Shown one piece after another: positions 10,027-19,407 of a stretch of 64,000 nucleotides of DNA. The position numbers were made by a program, and so were the translations under genes. Below the pieces are notes generated by a model. It made no database searches. It had not been told where the DNA came from and saw nothing but the letters and a program-made list of their open reading frames with translations. This DNA is from Candidatus Aenigmatarchaeota archaeon (GTDB taxonomy: Archaea > Aenigmatarchaeota > Aenigmatarchaeia > CG10238-14 > SCSR01). Each line of letters begins with the position of its first letter. The stretch's first letter is position 1. The stretch lies in contig JAWBWS010000001.1 in assembly GCA_038999725.1 (NCBI GenBank), positions 160,001 to 224,000 of the forward strand. The letters run 5' to 3'.

Positions 10027-12729
10027 TTAATTAAAAGCAAAAAACTTTGATTTTATTTCTCCGAAGTAAAAGTTAACCTCTCCGCCACAAACCGTACATT
10101 TACCAACTAGCGGAACCCTTCTGTAGCTTGTGTTGCACTTGAGACAAACTACTCCTTCTACACTAGTGAGTGAAACACTTTCACTTTTCTTATGATTGTC
10201 TATGGCTTCTCCCAATACCATTTGCTTGCCGAGACCAATCAATTTAGTCCTAGGTATACCAATTGCTTCAAAAACTCTTTCTAATGGTGGTAAAATCTGA
10301 CTTTCAATGTAATAACGTGAATCTATTTTCAAACCATGTTTTTTAACATATTCTGGGTCTTCCGCCCTTTCGGAAACCATTTGTGCCCCTTTAACTATAA
10401 CAAACCCTACCCTATCACCAATCGAAGGAATTGTCGTCTCTCCTCTTTTTTTCATCCTCTTCACTAACTCAATGTGTGGTTGAACTCCTTTATATTGGTC
10501 AGGCCTCTTTGAAATTCCTTTTATTATAACAAGTTTTTCCAATGGGATTTGTCCATTCTGTAGTTTTTGTATCACATCTTTGAAATAAGTGAAAGCTTTT
10601 GCTGGATTTTGTTCCCTGAGTAAAATGTTCAGAACAGCCTCTTGTGTCTCGCTGACCAAATCACACCAATCTCTTCTCACAGTTTCTATTCCCTTCATCA
10701 CAATCTCATCTTTATATTGAGAATCAATCTTTTCAAAACTCCACCCAGCATATCTTTTTTTTGTTAGAATTAAAAGTGTTCTAAAAACATTCTCGACTTT
10801 GACTTTTAACTTCCCTTCAAATTTTTCATTTAGAAAATCTGCTATTTGATTGCCAATCTCTATTGCTTTATCTATGTCTCCTGTATCTGTTTTAACCATC
10901 ACAGAATCTGTGTCTCCATAAATCACTCTATACCTTGTGTTACTTTCAACAAGCTTTTTGGTTTCTTGAATGTAATATCTCCCACAACTTGTGATTGCGT
11001 TTGCTATATCCAAAACATAAAGTCTTCCAAGTAAAAATCCTGTATAGCCATAAGAGGCGTTTGCTATTCTTTTAAGTCCCTCTTGGTATGCATCTAAAGC
11101 CCTTTTTCTCACGGGATCTTTTTCAACTTTCATTTGAGCTTTAATCATATTTCTTTCTTTTATCAATCTTTCAAGAGTTTGGGGAATTATCCCTTTTCTA
11201 ATACTTGGTGGAATGAAAGAAGTACCAAATGGTGTTGTTATTGCTTCTACCCCTTCCTTTTTCTCAATCAATAAAGTTGTTGGGCAGATGTTGTAAGAAA
11301 TGAAAATTGAAGGGTACATGCTTGCAAAATCTAAATAAATGACACATGTTGTATGTAAACCAACTTCAGGATCAAGAACGAAAGCTCCTTTAAACCCTTT
11401 CACATCTCTCTCTGCTTTTCTTCTTGCAATCTCCTTTTCAGATGGTTTACAAGGTAGAACAAATCCATTTTTGTCGAACTCCCTTAAAAGTAGATTTTCG
11501 ACTTTTCCAGCTTCTCCGGTATCCAAAGAATCTTGTAATAACAAACCAGAAACTTTGGAAATTCCTATGTATTTGTCTAGAAAGTGTTTTTCTAAAAGTA
11601 ATCTCAAAACAAGCTCAGAATCTCTTCTCGCATAATCTATAAATCTTTTCATCTGCTCTTCATTACCATTCCAAGCAATTGGCATATCTGTGTGAGAAAA
11701 TTCAATTTTTTCTTCACCTAAAAGATATTTTGAGACCTCTCCCAAGCTAAATCTTTTTAGACCTGTGAAAAAACCTCTTCCAGCCATATCTTTTATTATC
11801 CAATATGGGTCTACTATTACCCTTCCAAAAACGGAATTTTTATATCTATTTTCCCCCAACTTTTTCGAAACAAGTGATTTTTCAACACATCTTCCTATAC
11901 TCCTTCTCAATTTATTAATTCTCAATCTCTCGTTGATGTATGGTATGTCAAAATCATTAATGTTATATCCAACTATTATATCAGGATCGAATTTATCAAT
12001 TATTTCTAAAAACTTTTCAAGCATCTCTTTTTCATTCTTAAAAGTTAAAACATCCTTACCTAGTCTTTTGAAATTATTTTTTGCTACTAGAATGAGTGTG
12101 TTACTACCATCAAAAGCCGGGAAAAAAGCCATACTTATTATAGCTATTTGGTTTTCCTCTGGATTTATTATCCCTTCAGAAACTACTTCTATATCCAAGG
12201 CCATATACCTTAGGGGGGCATTCTCTATTTTCTCCACAGGCTCGATTTTTTCCATTTTAATTGATTGATCCACTTTTATACTTTGTGTATGTATTGGTGA
12301 ACCATATACTTTATACCACGACATGCCAAAAAGTGAAAAATCTGCCATAAATCTGTATTTGAAGAGTATGTCTGCCTCAAAAATATCTTCAATAAAGTCC
12401 TTCTTCCTCAAATGCTCCCTTAATGTAACTGTCTTAGATGGATCTTTAAGCACAACTTTCAACATTTCTTTTTTCTTTTCTTGAAAACCTATCGGTAAAT
12501 TTCTCTCTACAATTTCTATGTTTTTTATCTCATTAGTGAAATTCTTCTTAAGTTCATCAATAACTTTTTCTTCCATTCCTTCTTTTGGTAAAATATAAAA
12601 ATATGGATAAAAGCCGTCATAAAAAGCACAAATTGTTCTTCCGTCTTCTGCCTTCCCTAAAAGTCTTATAACAGGACGATTCTCGAGAAGAATGTAATCA
12701 ACATCTAAAAGTTGAAACTCCAATTCCAT
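10027..12729 (-). CDS. polB: Family B DNA polymerase with C-terminal DP2-like C4 Zn finger
   Basis: Exo I/II/III (DIE, YNINDFD, YARRD) and polymerase motifs (DFASMYPS, KRIANASYG, YGDTDS) intact; C-terminal CLKCNTSYRRVPLVGKCTVCGG. Confidence 0.95.
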   Translation of the reverse strand: MELEFQLLDVDYILLENRPVIRLLGKAEDGRTICAFYDGFYPYFYILPKEGMEEKVIDELKKNFTNEIKNIEIVERNLPIGFQEKKKEMLKVVLKDPSKTVTLREHLRKKDFIEDIFEADILFKYRFMADFSLFGMSWYKVYGSPIHTQSIKVDQSIKMEKIEPVEKIENAPLRYMALDIEVVSEGIINPEENQIAIISMAFFPAFDGSNTLILVAKNNFKRLGKDVLTFKNEKEMLEKFLEIIDKFDPDIIVGYNINDFDIPYINERLRINKLRRSIGRCVEKSLVSKKLGENRYKNSVFGRVIVDPYWIIKDMAGRGFFTGLKRFSLGEVSKYLLGEEKIEFSHTDMPIAWNGNEEQMKRFIDYARRDSELVLRLLLEKHFLDKYIGISKVSGLLLQDSLDTGEAGKVENLLLREFDKNGFVLPCKPSEKEIARRKAERDVKGFKGAFVLDPEVGLHTTCVIYLDFASMYPSIFISYNICPTTLLIEKKEGVEAITTPFGTSFIPPSIRKGIIPQTLERLIKERNMIKAQMKVEKDPVRKRALDAYQEGLKRIANASYGYTGFLLGRLYVLDIANAITSCGRYYIQETKKLVESNTRYRVIYGDTDSVMVKTDTGDIDKAIEIGNQIADFLNEKFEGKLKVKVENVFRTLLILTKKRYAGWSFEKIDSQYKDEIVMKGIETVRRDWCDLVSETQEAVLNILLREQNPAKAFTYFKDVIQKLQNGQIPLEKLVIIKGISKRPDQYKGVQPHIELVKRMKKRGETTIPSIGDRVGFVIVKGAQMVSERAEDPEYVKKHGLKIDSRYYIESQILPPLERVFEAIGIPRTKLIGLGKQMVLGEAIDNHKKSESVSLTSVEGVVCLKCNTSYRRVPLVGKCTVCGGEVNFYFGEIKSKFFAFN

Positions 12730-12737
12730 GTTTTATT

Positions 12738-13886
12738 TTATATCAAATCAATTTTTAAATTTTCTCGTGTTTTAAGATTTACAATCCAAAATATTCTTTC
12801 AGATGAACCAGAAGAAATTATTGTTGTTCCTTTATAGTTGATTAAACCTGAAGTACCGAAATCAAAGGATAAGAAAATATCTGGAACTGGTTCTATCAAA
12901 AAACAATCTTCTTCTAAAACTCTTTCAATTGTAAAAATTGGGTTGAGATGCCTTTTCTTGAGTAAGTTTAACATTATTTCTTCTGTTCTCTCTCCCAAAA
13001 TATTTTTATAGGGAGAAAACATTTTTCCATCACAAAGAAGTAAATTTACCTTACCATTGATTAAGAGAAAGGCTGGTGGTGAAAAAGAAGTTACATCTTC
13101 GAGTTCTAGTTTTTCTTTAGTTATGAGAATTAACTTTGTGTTGATTGGTAATTTCTCTTTCAACTCTTCTATTTGTTTTTTCTCATAAGATTCTACAAAT
13201 AAAAAAATCAATTTTTTGTAATTAATTTTTGAAATTTCTTCCAAAATCTTTTTTTCATATTCTTTTATCCACTTCCCTAAAATGAAGAAACAGTAAACAT
13301 CTTCCTCTAAATTAGCGACTTTTCTCCTCAAAGGTACATCTGGCCACAAAACATTTGTAACTTCAATCTTATCATTTGTTTTTTCACAAACAAGCCCCAC
13401 AACTTCATCTTGAACAATTTGCCCAAAAAAGTTGTTTTTAAAGAAAACTGAAATTTCACCAGTGAAATCCTCTACAACAGCAGATTTGTTTTCTTTATTA
13501 ATATCTCTCACCATCACTATCAGAGAAAACTTTTTTGTTTTCTCTGTTATCTTGTTTATAGAAATCAAATTAACTATATCCATCCTGTAAGAAAAGAATG
13601 ATTTGATTTTCTCATATCTCTCTAATAAAATTCTTGAAATATCATCAACTGAAAAATTTTTTACATTCAAGGCTTTTTTCTTAATTTCTTTGATTTCAAC
13701 TTCTTCCAAAATAGATTTAATTAAATCTATTTTGACCACAGGAGGAACTTCCATTTTAACAATTTTTTCAAGAAAGATTTTAACTTGTTCAGGATTTCTT
13801 GAAAAATAATCCAAACTATCTTGATCAATCATCAAACCTCTCTTTAAAAAAATATCCACAATTTTTTCTTTTTCCATAGAAACCAA
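12738..13886 (-). CDS. Inactivated PolD small subunit (DP1)-like / B-subunit-like protein
   Basis: DP1-like OB fold (VEDFTGEI, DEVVG, WPDVP) and LLKKRHLNP, VPDIF, YKGTTIISSG segments; metal-binding DxH and GHxH motifs replaced. Confidence 0.8.
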   Translation of the reverse strand: MVSMEKEKIVDIFLKRGLMIDQDSLDYFSRNPEQVKIFLEKIVKMEVPPVVKIDLIKSILEEVEIKEIKKKALNVKNFSVDDISRILLERYEKIKSFFSYRMDIVNLISINKITEKTKKFSLIVMVRDINKENKSAVVEDFTGEISVFFKNNFFGQIVQDEVVGLVCEKTNDKIEVTNVLWPDVPLRRKVANLEEDVYCFFILGKWIKEYEKKILEEISKINYKKLIFLFVESYEKKQIEELKEKLPINTKLILITKEKLELEDVTSFSPPAFLLINGKVNLLLCDGKMFSPYKNILGERTEEIMLNLLKKRHLNPIFTIERVLEEDCFLIEPVPDIFLSFDFGTSGLINYKGTTIISSGSSERIFWIVNLKTRENLKIDLI

Positions 13887-13894
13887 AGAAAATA

Positions 13895-14152
13895 TTATCT
13901 TTTTAATATATAAACAAGAATTCCTACCTTCTCTTTATCTTTTGAATGGGGTAAGGCTTTAACAATAACTTGATTATTTTTAACCAATTCATCTAAATAT
14001 TTTTGAATCGTGTTCCAACTTAAATTCTTGTTAAACTTTTTTGAGATAAGCATCTTTATTGAAGAGGTGGTTAAAGGTGTTTGAGTATTTGAGAGAACAT
14101 CTAAAATTAAAAATTTTACTTGCTCTCTCAGACTTCTTCTTCCTCTTTTCAT
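13895..14152 (-). CDS. Small winged-helix protein
   Basis: wHTH pattern with LSWNTIQKYL; paralog of 14805..15032. Confidence 0.7.
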   Translation of the reverse strand: MKRGRRSLREQVKFLILDVLSNTQTPLTTSSIKMLISKKFNKNLSWNTIQKYLDELVKNNQVIVKALPHSKDKEKVGILVYILKR

Positions 14153-14175
14153 AATTGAAAGATATTTATTTGAAA

Positions 14176-14808
14176 TTAAAAGGTAATAATTGATTTTTCT
14201 GTTCTAACAAATGGCACAGGACTTGTGTTTGATATCGCCTTTTTAAGATAACCACGCTTCTCTAAATTTTTTAACCTATGATAAAATGTTTGATATCTAA
14301 GACCGAAGATGTGGGCATCTAATAGAAAAATAGGTTTTTCTCTTGCATACTCTAAAATCTTCAAATCTATTTCATCCAAAGGTCTTGAATCATTGTTTTT
14401 TCGTTTAAATGATTTTTTTATAAGTGAAGTTGGATTGTAATAATAAAAGACTTTATTTTCAGCATCTTTAATAATGGTAACTTGTTTTTCATCAATCAGA
14501 ATGATACCTAGTTTCTTTCTTAAATTCTCCAGTTCAGGGTTAATTGTCAACATGTTAATAAATGTGTTAAGAAATATAGGAGGTGCACATAAAAAAACAT
14601 GGGAAAAGTCGGTAAAATAACTGATAATCTCCCCAAGTGTATTTTTTACATCTGATTCATCACCTTTTACTTCCACACAGTACCAAAAATTTCCTTTTTT
14701 AAATACAAAATCTGGTTTACAATGAGGGAATTCCCTTTCTGTAAAAAATTCTATTTTATTTTCCTGTAGATATTTTAGAAAAATAGATTTTGCTTCTTCC
14801 TCATTCAT
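14176..14808 (-). CDS. PD-(D/E)XK nuclease-fold protein with C-terminal wHTH
   Basis: E...PDFV...VEVKG motif; C-terminal LDEIDLKIL...FYHRLKNLEKRGYL. Confidence 0.7.
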   Translation of the reverse strand: MNEEEAKSIFLKYLQENKIEFFTEREFPHCKPDFVFKKGNFWYCVEVKGDESDVKNTLGEIISYFTDFSHVFLCAPPIFLNTFINMLTINPELENLRKKLGIILIDEKQVTIIKDAENKVFYYYNPTSLIKKSFKRKNNDSRPLDEIDLKILEYAREKPIFLLDAHIFGLRYQTFYHRLKNLEKRGYLKKAISNTSPVPFVRTEKSIITF

Positions 14809-15032
14809 TTTTTCAACCTGTAAGTAGTAGTTTTACCAACACGTATTTCCTCTACTTTTTGTGCATCTCTTAAGGCTATTAAATATTTTTGAATAGTATG
14901 CCATGAAAGGCCTGGTCTTTCGAGCTTTTTTGCAACAGTTTTCCTTATAAATTCTGAAGTGTGAGGTAAATTATCATCCAAACAACTCAATATCACAAGC
15001 TCAAAAAATTTTCCATAAGGTCTTCTTGACAT
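14805..15032 (-). CDS. Small winged-helix protein
   Basis: LSWHTIQKYL helix followed by a beta-wing (VGKTTTYRL). Confidence 0.7.
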   Translation of the reverse strand: MSRRPYGKFFELVILSCLDDNLPHTSEFIRKTVAKKLERPGLSWHTIQKYLIALRDAQKVEEIRVGKTTTYRLKK

Positions 15033-15066
15033 ATCTTTATTTATTGAATTTATTCTTTATAAATAT

Positions 15067-15245
15067 TGCAGTTAACAGACCATAATTGCGAAGAAATTGA
15101 ATTAATTTAAATATAGTGCGAACATTTGAAATAACATGCGATGATTTTACTTTTCATGCGAAGAGTAAATTGATAGTTAAACTGGACAATTATTGCAAAA
15201 AATTAATTTCACTTTGTGTTAGAGACAGAAATATTAGTGCGAACA
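15067..15245. promoter_or_regulatory. Phased TGCGA(A) direct-repeat array upstream of the polB cassette
   Basis: TGCGA at 15087, 15117, 15137, 15157 and 15238; TGCA at 15067 and 15194; TAGTGCGAACA exact at 15114 and 15235. Confidence 0.55.
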
Positions 15246-15335
15246 ATTTAACTACTATCAGAATCTTTCAATATTTTTTATTAGTAGCGGAAAAATATCG
15301 TCTATAATATACCATTTCTAATATCTTCTGAACTT

Positions 15336-15689
15336 TCATAAAAATAATTCCTTAACTTTTAAAAGAAGTTCCCTAATCCCTTCGACATCCCTTACAGGCA
15401 TATAGATTCTTGGATAAGTTTCAACTTTCTCAATAAGATTTAGTTTGGCAAGGGTATCTAACCTTTTTCTTAAGGTTTCTAGGTTTATTTGCACCCCTTC
15501 ACTTCTCAATTCAGAAAAAAGCTGTTGAACATAATAACAAGTGGTATCATTCGGAAACTTTTTGTTATTAAAATAGAATTTTTGTAAAATCCTTATCATA
15601 ACAACATCAAAATTAAGAAATATTGAAGAAAGTTTCTTTTTTGTATTCACATCTTCCTGTATAGGAATGTTAACAATTGAGGCGTTCAT
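15336..15689 (-). CDS. Winged-helix DNA-binding protein
   Basis: INLETLRKRLDTLAKLNLIEKVETYPRIY wHTH pattern. Confidence 0.65.
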   Translation of the reverse strand: MNASIVNIPIQEDVNTKKKLSSIFLNFDVVMIRILQKFYFNNKKFPNDTTCYYVQQLFSELRSEGVQINLETLRKRLDTLAKLNLIEKVETYPRIYMPVRDVEGIRELLLKVKELFL

Positions 15690-15742
15690 TTTTTCCCATT
15701 TAGTTGTTTTATTTTTATAATTTAATATAACTGTTAAACTTT

Positions 15743-16417
15743 TTAAACTAAATTAATAATTCTTGCTTCAACTTTTTTATTTTTAATTGTAGCAAAGCCA
15801 CAATATCCTTCCGGAAACCTACCAGCATTGATTAATTTTGTTCCATTTATTTCATCAATGCCTCTTGCTTCATGTATATGAGCACTTATCGCTAAAACAG
15901 GTTTAAATTTTTCAATAACTTCTCTTACTGCTTCTGATCCAACATGGGCACCAGTATGAACAACATCAACTCTTGTTCTTGCTGGAGGTACATGGGTAAC
16001 CTGAACTTTAACTTCACTTTCTTTAATCATTTCAAATGCTTTTTCTAATCCTTTTCTTATTTCATCTTCAGATGGCTCTAGAGGGGTGCCAAAAGGTGTT
16101 CTAGCCCCTCCAAAACCGTAAAAACCAATATTATCAATAATTTTTCCTTTTCCATGAAGACTTATTCCTTCTTTTTCCAAGATTTCTATTATATCTCTAT
16201 CCCAATTTCCAGGCAAAGCTAAGATGGGTTTGTTTAAAGTTTTAAGTTCTTCAATAATCACTTTCGAGATATCTAGAGAAGAAAATCCTTTTGGTGGCAC
16301 ATCTAGAAAGTCCCCTGGAAACACGATAACATCAAAATTAAACATGTTAACTTTATCAATATATTCCATTAAATTTTCTACATCATTATGGATGTCGCTT
16401 ATTATCAAGATATCCAT
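15743..16417 (-). CDS. Calcineurin-like metallophosphoesterase
   Basis: SDIH, GDF, PGNWD, THVPP and AHIHE motifs. Confidence 0.9.
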   Translation of the reverse strand: MDILIISDIHNDVENLMEYIDKVNMFNFDVIVFPGDFLDVPPKGFSSLDISKVIIEELKTLNKPILALPGNWDRDIIEILEKEGISLHGKGKIIDNIGFYGFGGARTPFGTPLEPSEDEIRKGLEKAFEMIKESEVKVQVTHVPPARTRVDVVHTGAHVGSEAVREVIEKFKPVLAISAHIHEARGIDEINGTKLINAGRFPEGYCGFATIKNKKVEARIINLV

Positions 16418-16462
16418 CTTATCATCTAATGATTTTTAATCAACAGATTTTAAATATCTAAT

Positions 16463-16798
16463 ATGTTCTCCTCCAGAAAAAAAGGATATAGGATTGAAAG
16501 AAAGATAAGACTCCTTTTTGAAAAATATGGTTGGAAAGTCATAAGAGCTGGGGCAAGTTTGGGTGAGGCAGATTTGATTTGTATTAAAAATAGAAAATGT
16601 ATTTTACTCCAAATTAAATCAACTAGGAAGAAAGCTCTATATTTTTACGGTGATTTAATTAAAAACATAGAAGGGTTTCCATTCTTCTTGGTTGTAGATT
16701 TTGGTTATGGGAATATAAGAATATTGAGACCAAGAAAGAAGGTGTTAACAAATAGTGGAATTGCGCTTAAAGATTTTTTGGAAAACAATAAAATTTAA
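16463..16798 (+). CDS. hjc: Holliday junction resolvase Hjc-like nuclease
   Basis: KGYRIER...GWKVIRAGAS...ADLI...QIKST. Confidence 0.75.
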   Translation: MFSSRKKGYRIERKIRLLFEKYGWKVIRAGASLGEADLICIKNRKCILLQIKSTRKKALYFYGDLIKNIEGFPFFLVVDFGYGNIRILRPRKKVLTNSGIALKDFLENNKI

Positions 16799-16825
16799 AG
16801 AAACATATTATAAGTAGGTGGTAAT

Positions 16826-17374
16826 TTGCCAGTATATGTAAGAGATATAATGGTCAAAAATATAGTGACTATTGATCAAGAAAAAACAGTTAAACAAGCA
16901 GGAGAATTGATGAAAAAAACAAGAAAAGGTTGCCTTATAGTAACAAAAAATGGTAAGCCCGTGGGTATACTTTCTGATAGCGATGTAATAAAGAGGGTTG
17001 TTGCAAAAAACTTTTTGCCAAGTAAAATTAAAGTTAAACAAGTTATGAGTTCACCTTTAATAACAATTAGTCCAGATGATGACATTTTATCAGCTGTGAG
17101 GAAAATGAAAAGGAATAATATCCATAGGTTGCCAGTAGTTCTCAATGGAAAATTGGTTGGTATAATTTCACTTTCAGATATAGCTAAAACATCACCAGAG
17201 ATGTTAGATCTTCTTGAATATAGATTAAAAATGAAATCTTATGAACCAGAGATAAGAGAAAAAATAACTTCAGGAATTTGTGAATCATGCGGCAATTACA
17301 GTGATAATTTACAAAATGTGAATGGTCAATGGTTGTGTGAAGATTGTAAGGAAGATCTTGAACATGAGTATTGA
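16826..17374 (+). CDS. CBS-pair protein with C-terminal Zn ribbon
   Basis: Two CBS domains; CESCG...LCEDC; TTG start after GGTGGT. Confidence 0.88.
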   Translation: MPVYVRDIMVKNIVTIDQEKTVKQAGELMKKTRKGCLIVTKNGKPVGILSDSDVIKRVVAKNFLPSKIKVKQVMSSPLITISPDDDILSAVRKMKRNNIHRLPVVLNGKLVGIISLSDIAKTSPEMLDLLEYRLKMKSYEPEIREKITSGICESCGNYSDNLQNVNGQWLCEDCKEDLEHEY

Positions 17375-18158
17375 TTTAAGTCTTGCAGGTTTAGATAGAA
17401 AACAAAAAATAATCCACTTCTCAGAACTCAACCCAACATTTTGTTTCGAGGGAGAAAGGATTATAGAGGTTGTGGATAAAATAATAGAAAAAGGGCATAG
17501 AAGGCTCCCCATTCTAACAAAAGACAAAAAATTGGTTGGTATAATAACAACAATGGACATCCTTGGAGCCTTTTTGCGCAAACAAAATTTTCAAGACCCA
17601 ATATCAACTATAATGAATAGAGAAGTCATATTTTGTGATGCGGATGAAACTCTTGGTAATGTTTTGTTAAAATTTAAGTTTTCAAGAAGAGGAGGATTCC
17701 CGATTACAAAAAACGGTAAACTTGTTGGGATGATATCGGAGAGAGATATTGTTAGAAGGTTTTCTTCTGTAAATTTTGGAATTAAAGTTGAAGAGGTGAT
17801 GACAAGAAAACCTTTTTTTCTCAGCCCAACCACTTCAATTTTAGATGCGATCAAAAGTATGGTTAATACCCATTACAGAAGATTGCCATTGGTCGAGGAC
17901 AAAAAATTGGTTGGTATATTTACATCAGCGGATGCCATTTCGTATTTAAGAAAAAATAATTTCAGTTTCTCAAATTTATTATTACCGCTTATACCAACAT
18001 TCGAAAAAAATGTGTATTACATAGAAAAGGAAAAAGATTTATCAGAAGCGATTAAAGAAATGGTGAAAAGAGATGTGGGAGGTCTTCCTGTTGTTAGTGA
18101 AGACAATACCTTAGAAGGTATAATAACCGAAAGAGATATATTAGAGGAAATTGTCTAA
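17364..18158 (+). CDS. Four-CBS-domain protein
   Basis: Repeated RRLP..LVGI CBS motifs; likely ATG at 17364 overlapping the upstream stop. Confidence 0.85.
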   Translation: MSIDLSLAGLDRKQKIIHFSELNPTFCFEGERIIEVVDKIIEKGHRRLPILTKDKKLVGIITTMDILGAFLRKQNFQDPISTIMNREVIFCDADETLGNVLLKFKFSRRGGFPITKNGKLVGMISERDIVRRFSSVNFGIKVEEVMTRKPFFLSPTTSILDAIKSMVNTHYRRLPLVEDKKLVGIFTSADAISYLRKNNFSFSNLLLPLIPTFEKNVYYIEKEKDLSEAIKEMVKRDVGGLPVVSEDNTLEGIITERDILEEIV

Positions 18159-18164
18159 ATAATT

Positions 18165-18605
18165 ATGCTTTCTCCCCAATTTTTAGAGATAGTAGAAGAA
18201 GCAAGGAAAGAACAACCTATTGTAATAGTTGAAGGAGCAAGAGATGGGCTTGTTTTAAAAATGCTTGGTTTTACAAATGTTATAGAAATTTCAGGGAAAC
18301 CAATAGAGGAAATTTTGGAAAAAATTATTTCGAAACCTTCATCAGAGGTAGTAATACTTACCGATTTCGATAAGGAGGGGGAAAGATTAGCTTCAGAGCT
18401 CATAACTCTTCTTTCTCACTATAAAATTAATATAAATCACTTCATAAGAAGGAAATTCAAATCAATTAAAATTCAAAAAATTGAGGAGTTAAACTCTTTC
18501 ATAAAATTAATGGAGGATTATCAAAATGGGAAAATTAGCTCAATCTACTATAAAATATTTAATAGAAGCAGAATTTTCGACAGAAGGAATAGTAGAAAAA
18601 CCTGA
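18165..18605 (+). CDS. Small Toprim-domain protein (RNase M5-like)
   Basis: IVEGARD and ILTDFDKEGE Toprim motifs. Confidence 0.8.
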   Translation: MLSPQFLEIVEEARKEQPIVIVEGARDGLVLKMLGFTNVIEISGKPIEEILEKIISKPSSEVVILTDFDKEGERLASELITLLSHYKININHFIRRKFKSIKIQKIEELNSFIKLMEDYQNGKISSIYYKIFNRSRIFDRRNSRKT

Positions 18606-19407
18606 TGTGATAGGAGCTATATTTGGTCAAACAGAAGGTTTATTAGGTCAAGATTTGGATCTAAGGGAGCTCCAAAGGACGGGTAGAATTGGAAGAATAG
18701 AGGTAGAAATTTCAAACGAGAATGGAAAAACATTTGGGAAGATTTTCCTACCATCAAGTCTAGACAGCTCTGAAACTGCTCTCATAGCAGCTTCTTTGGA
18801 AACAATAGAAAGAATAGGGCCTTGTATGGCAACGGTTAAGGTAATTTCTGTTAGGGATGTAAGGGCGATGAAAAGGGAATTCATGTTGAACAGGGCAAAA
18901 GATATTCTTGGAAAATTGATGACAGAAGAAATACCACCAACCTCAACTCTCACAGAAATTATTAGAGAAGAGGTTAAGAAGTCCCAAATAAAGGATTATT
19001 TCAATCTTCCAGCAGGTCCAGATGTTGAAAGTTCTGATGAAATAATCATAGTGGAAGGCAGGGCGGATGTTTTAAATCTTCTTAAAAATGGGATTAAAAA
19101 TGTGATTGCAATAGAGGGTGCAAAGGTACCCCAACCAATAATTGACCTAATGAAAGAAAAAATAACTACATTGTTTGTCGATGGTGATAGAGGAGGGGAT
19201 TTGATAATCAAGGAAATTCTACAGGTTGGTGGAGTGGATTATATAGCAAGAGCACCTGAAGGAAAAGAGGTTGAAGAATTAACAAAAAAAGAGATATTTA
19301 AAGCTTTAAGGGAGAAGATACCCACTAGTCAATACAAACTTGAGCTGAAAACAAAAGAATTAAAAGATTTTATTCCAAAGAAGGATTCTCAAGAGAGTTC
19401 AGCTTGA
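18526..19407 (+). CDS. dnaG: Archaeal DnaG (short form)
   Basis: VEKPDVIGAIFGQTEGLLG, VEGRADV, DGDRGG and GKEVEEL motifs. Confidence 0.93.
   Translation: MGKLAQSTIKYLIEAEFSTEGIVEKPDVIGAIFGQTEGLLGQDLDLRELQRTGRIGRIEVEISNENGKTFGKIFLPSSLDSSETALIAASLETIERIGPCMATVKVISVRDVRAMKREFMLNRAKDILGKLMTEEIPPTSTLTEIIREEVKKSQIKDYFNLPAGPDVESSDEIIIVEGRADVLNLLKNGIKNVIAIEGAKVPQPIIDLMKEKITTLFVDGDRGGDLIIKEILQVGGVDYIARAPEGKEVEELTKKEIFKALREKIPTSQYKLELKTKELKDFIPKKDSQESSA

Noticed and set aside
15116..15307. 63-aa plus-strand ORF
   Set aside because: Lies over the repeat-rich regulatory gap, antisense to the surrounding genes, with no recognisable motif
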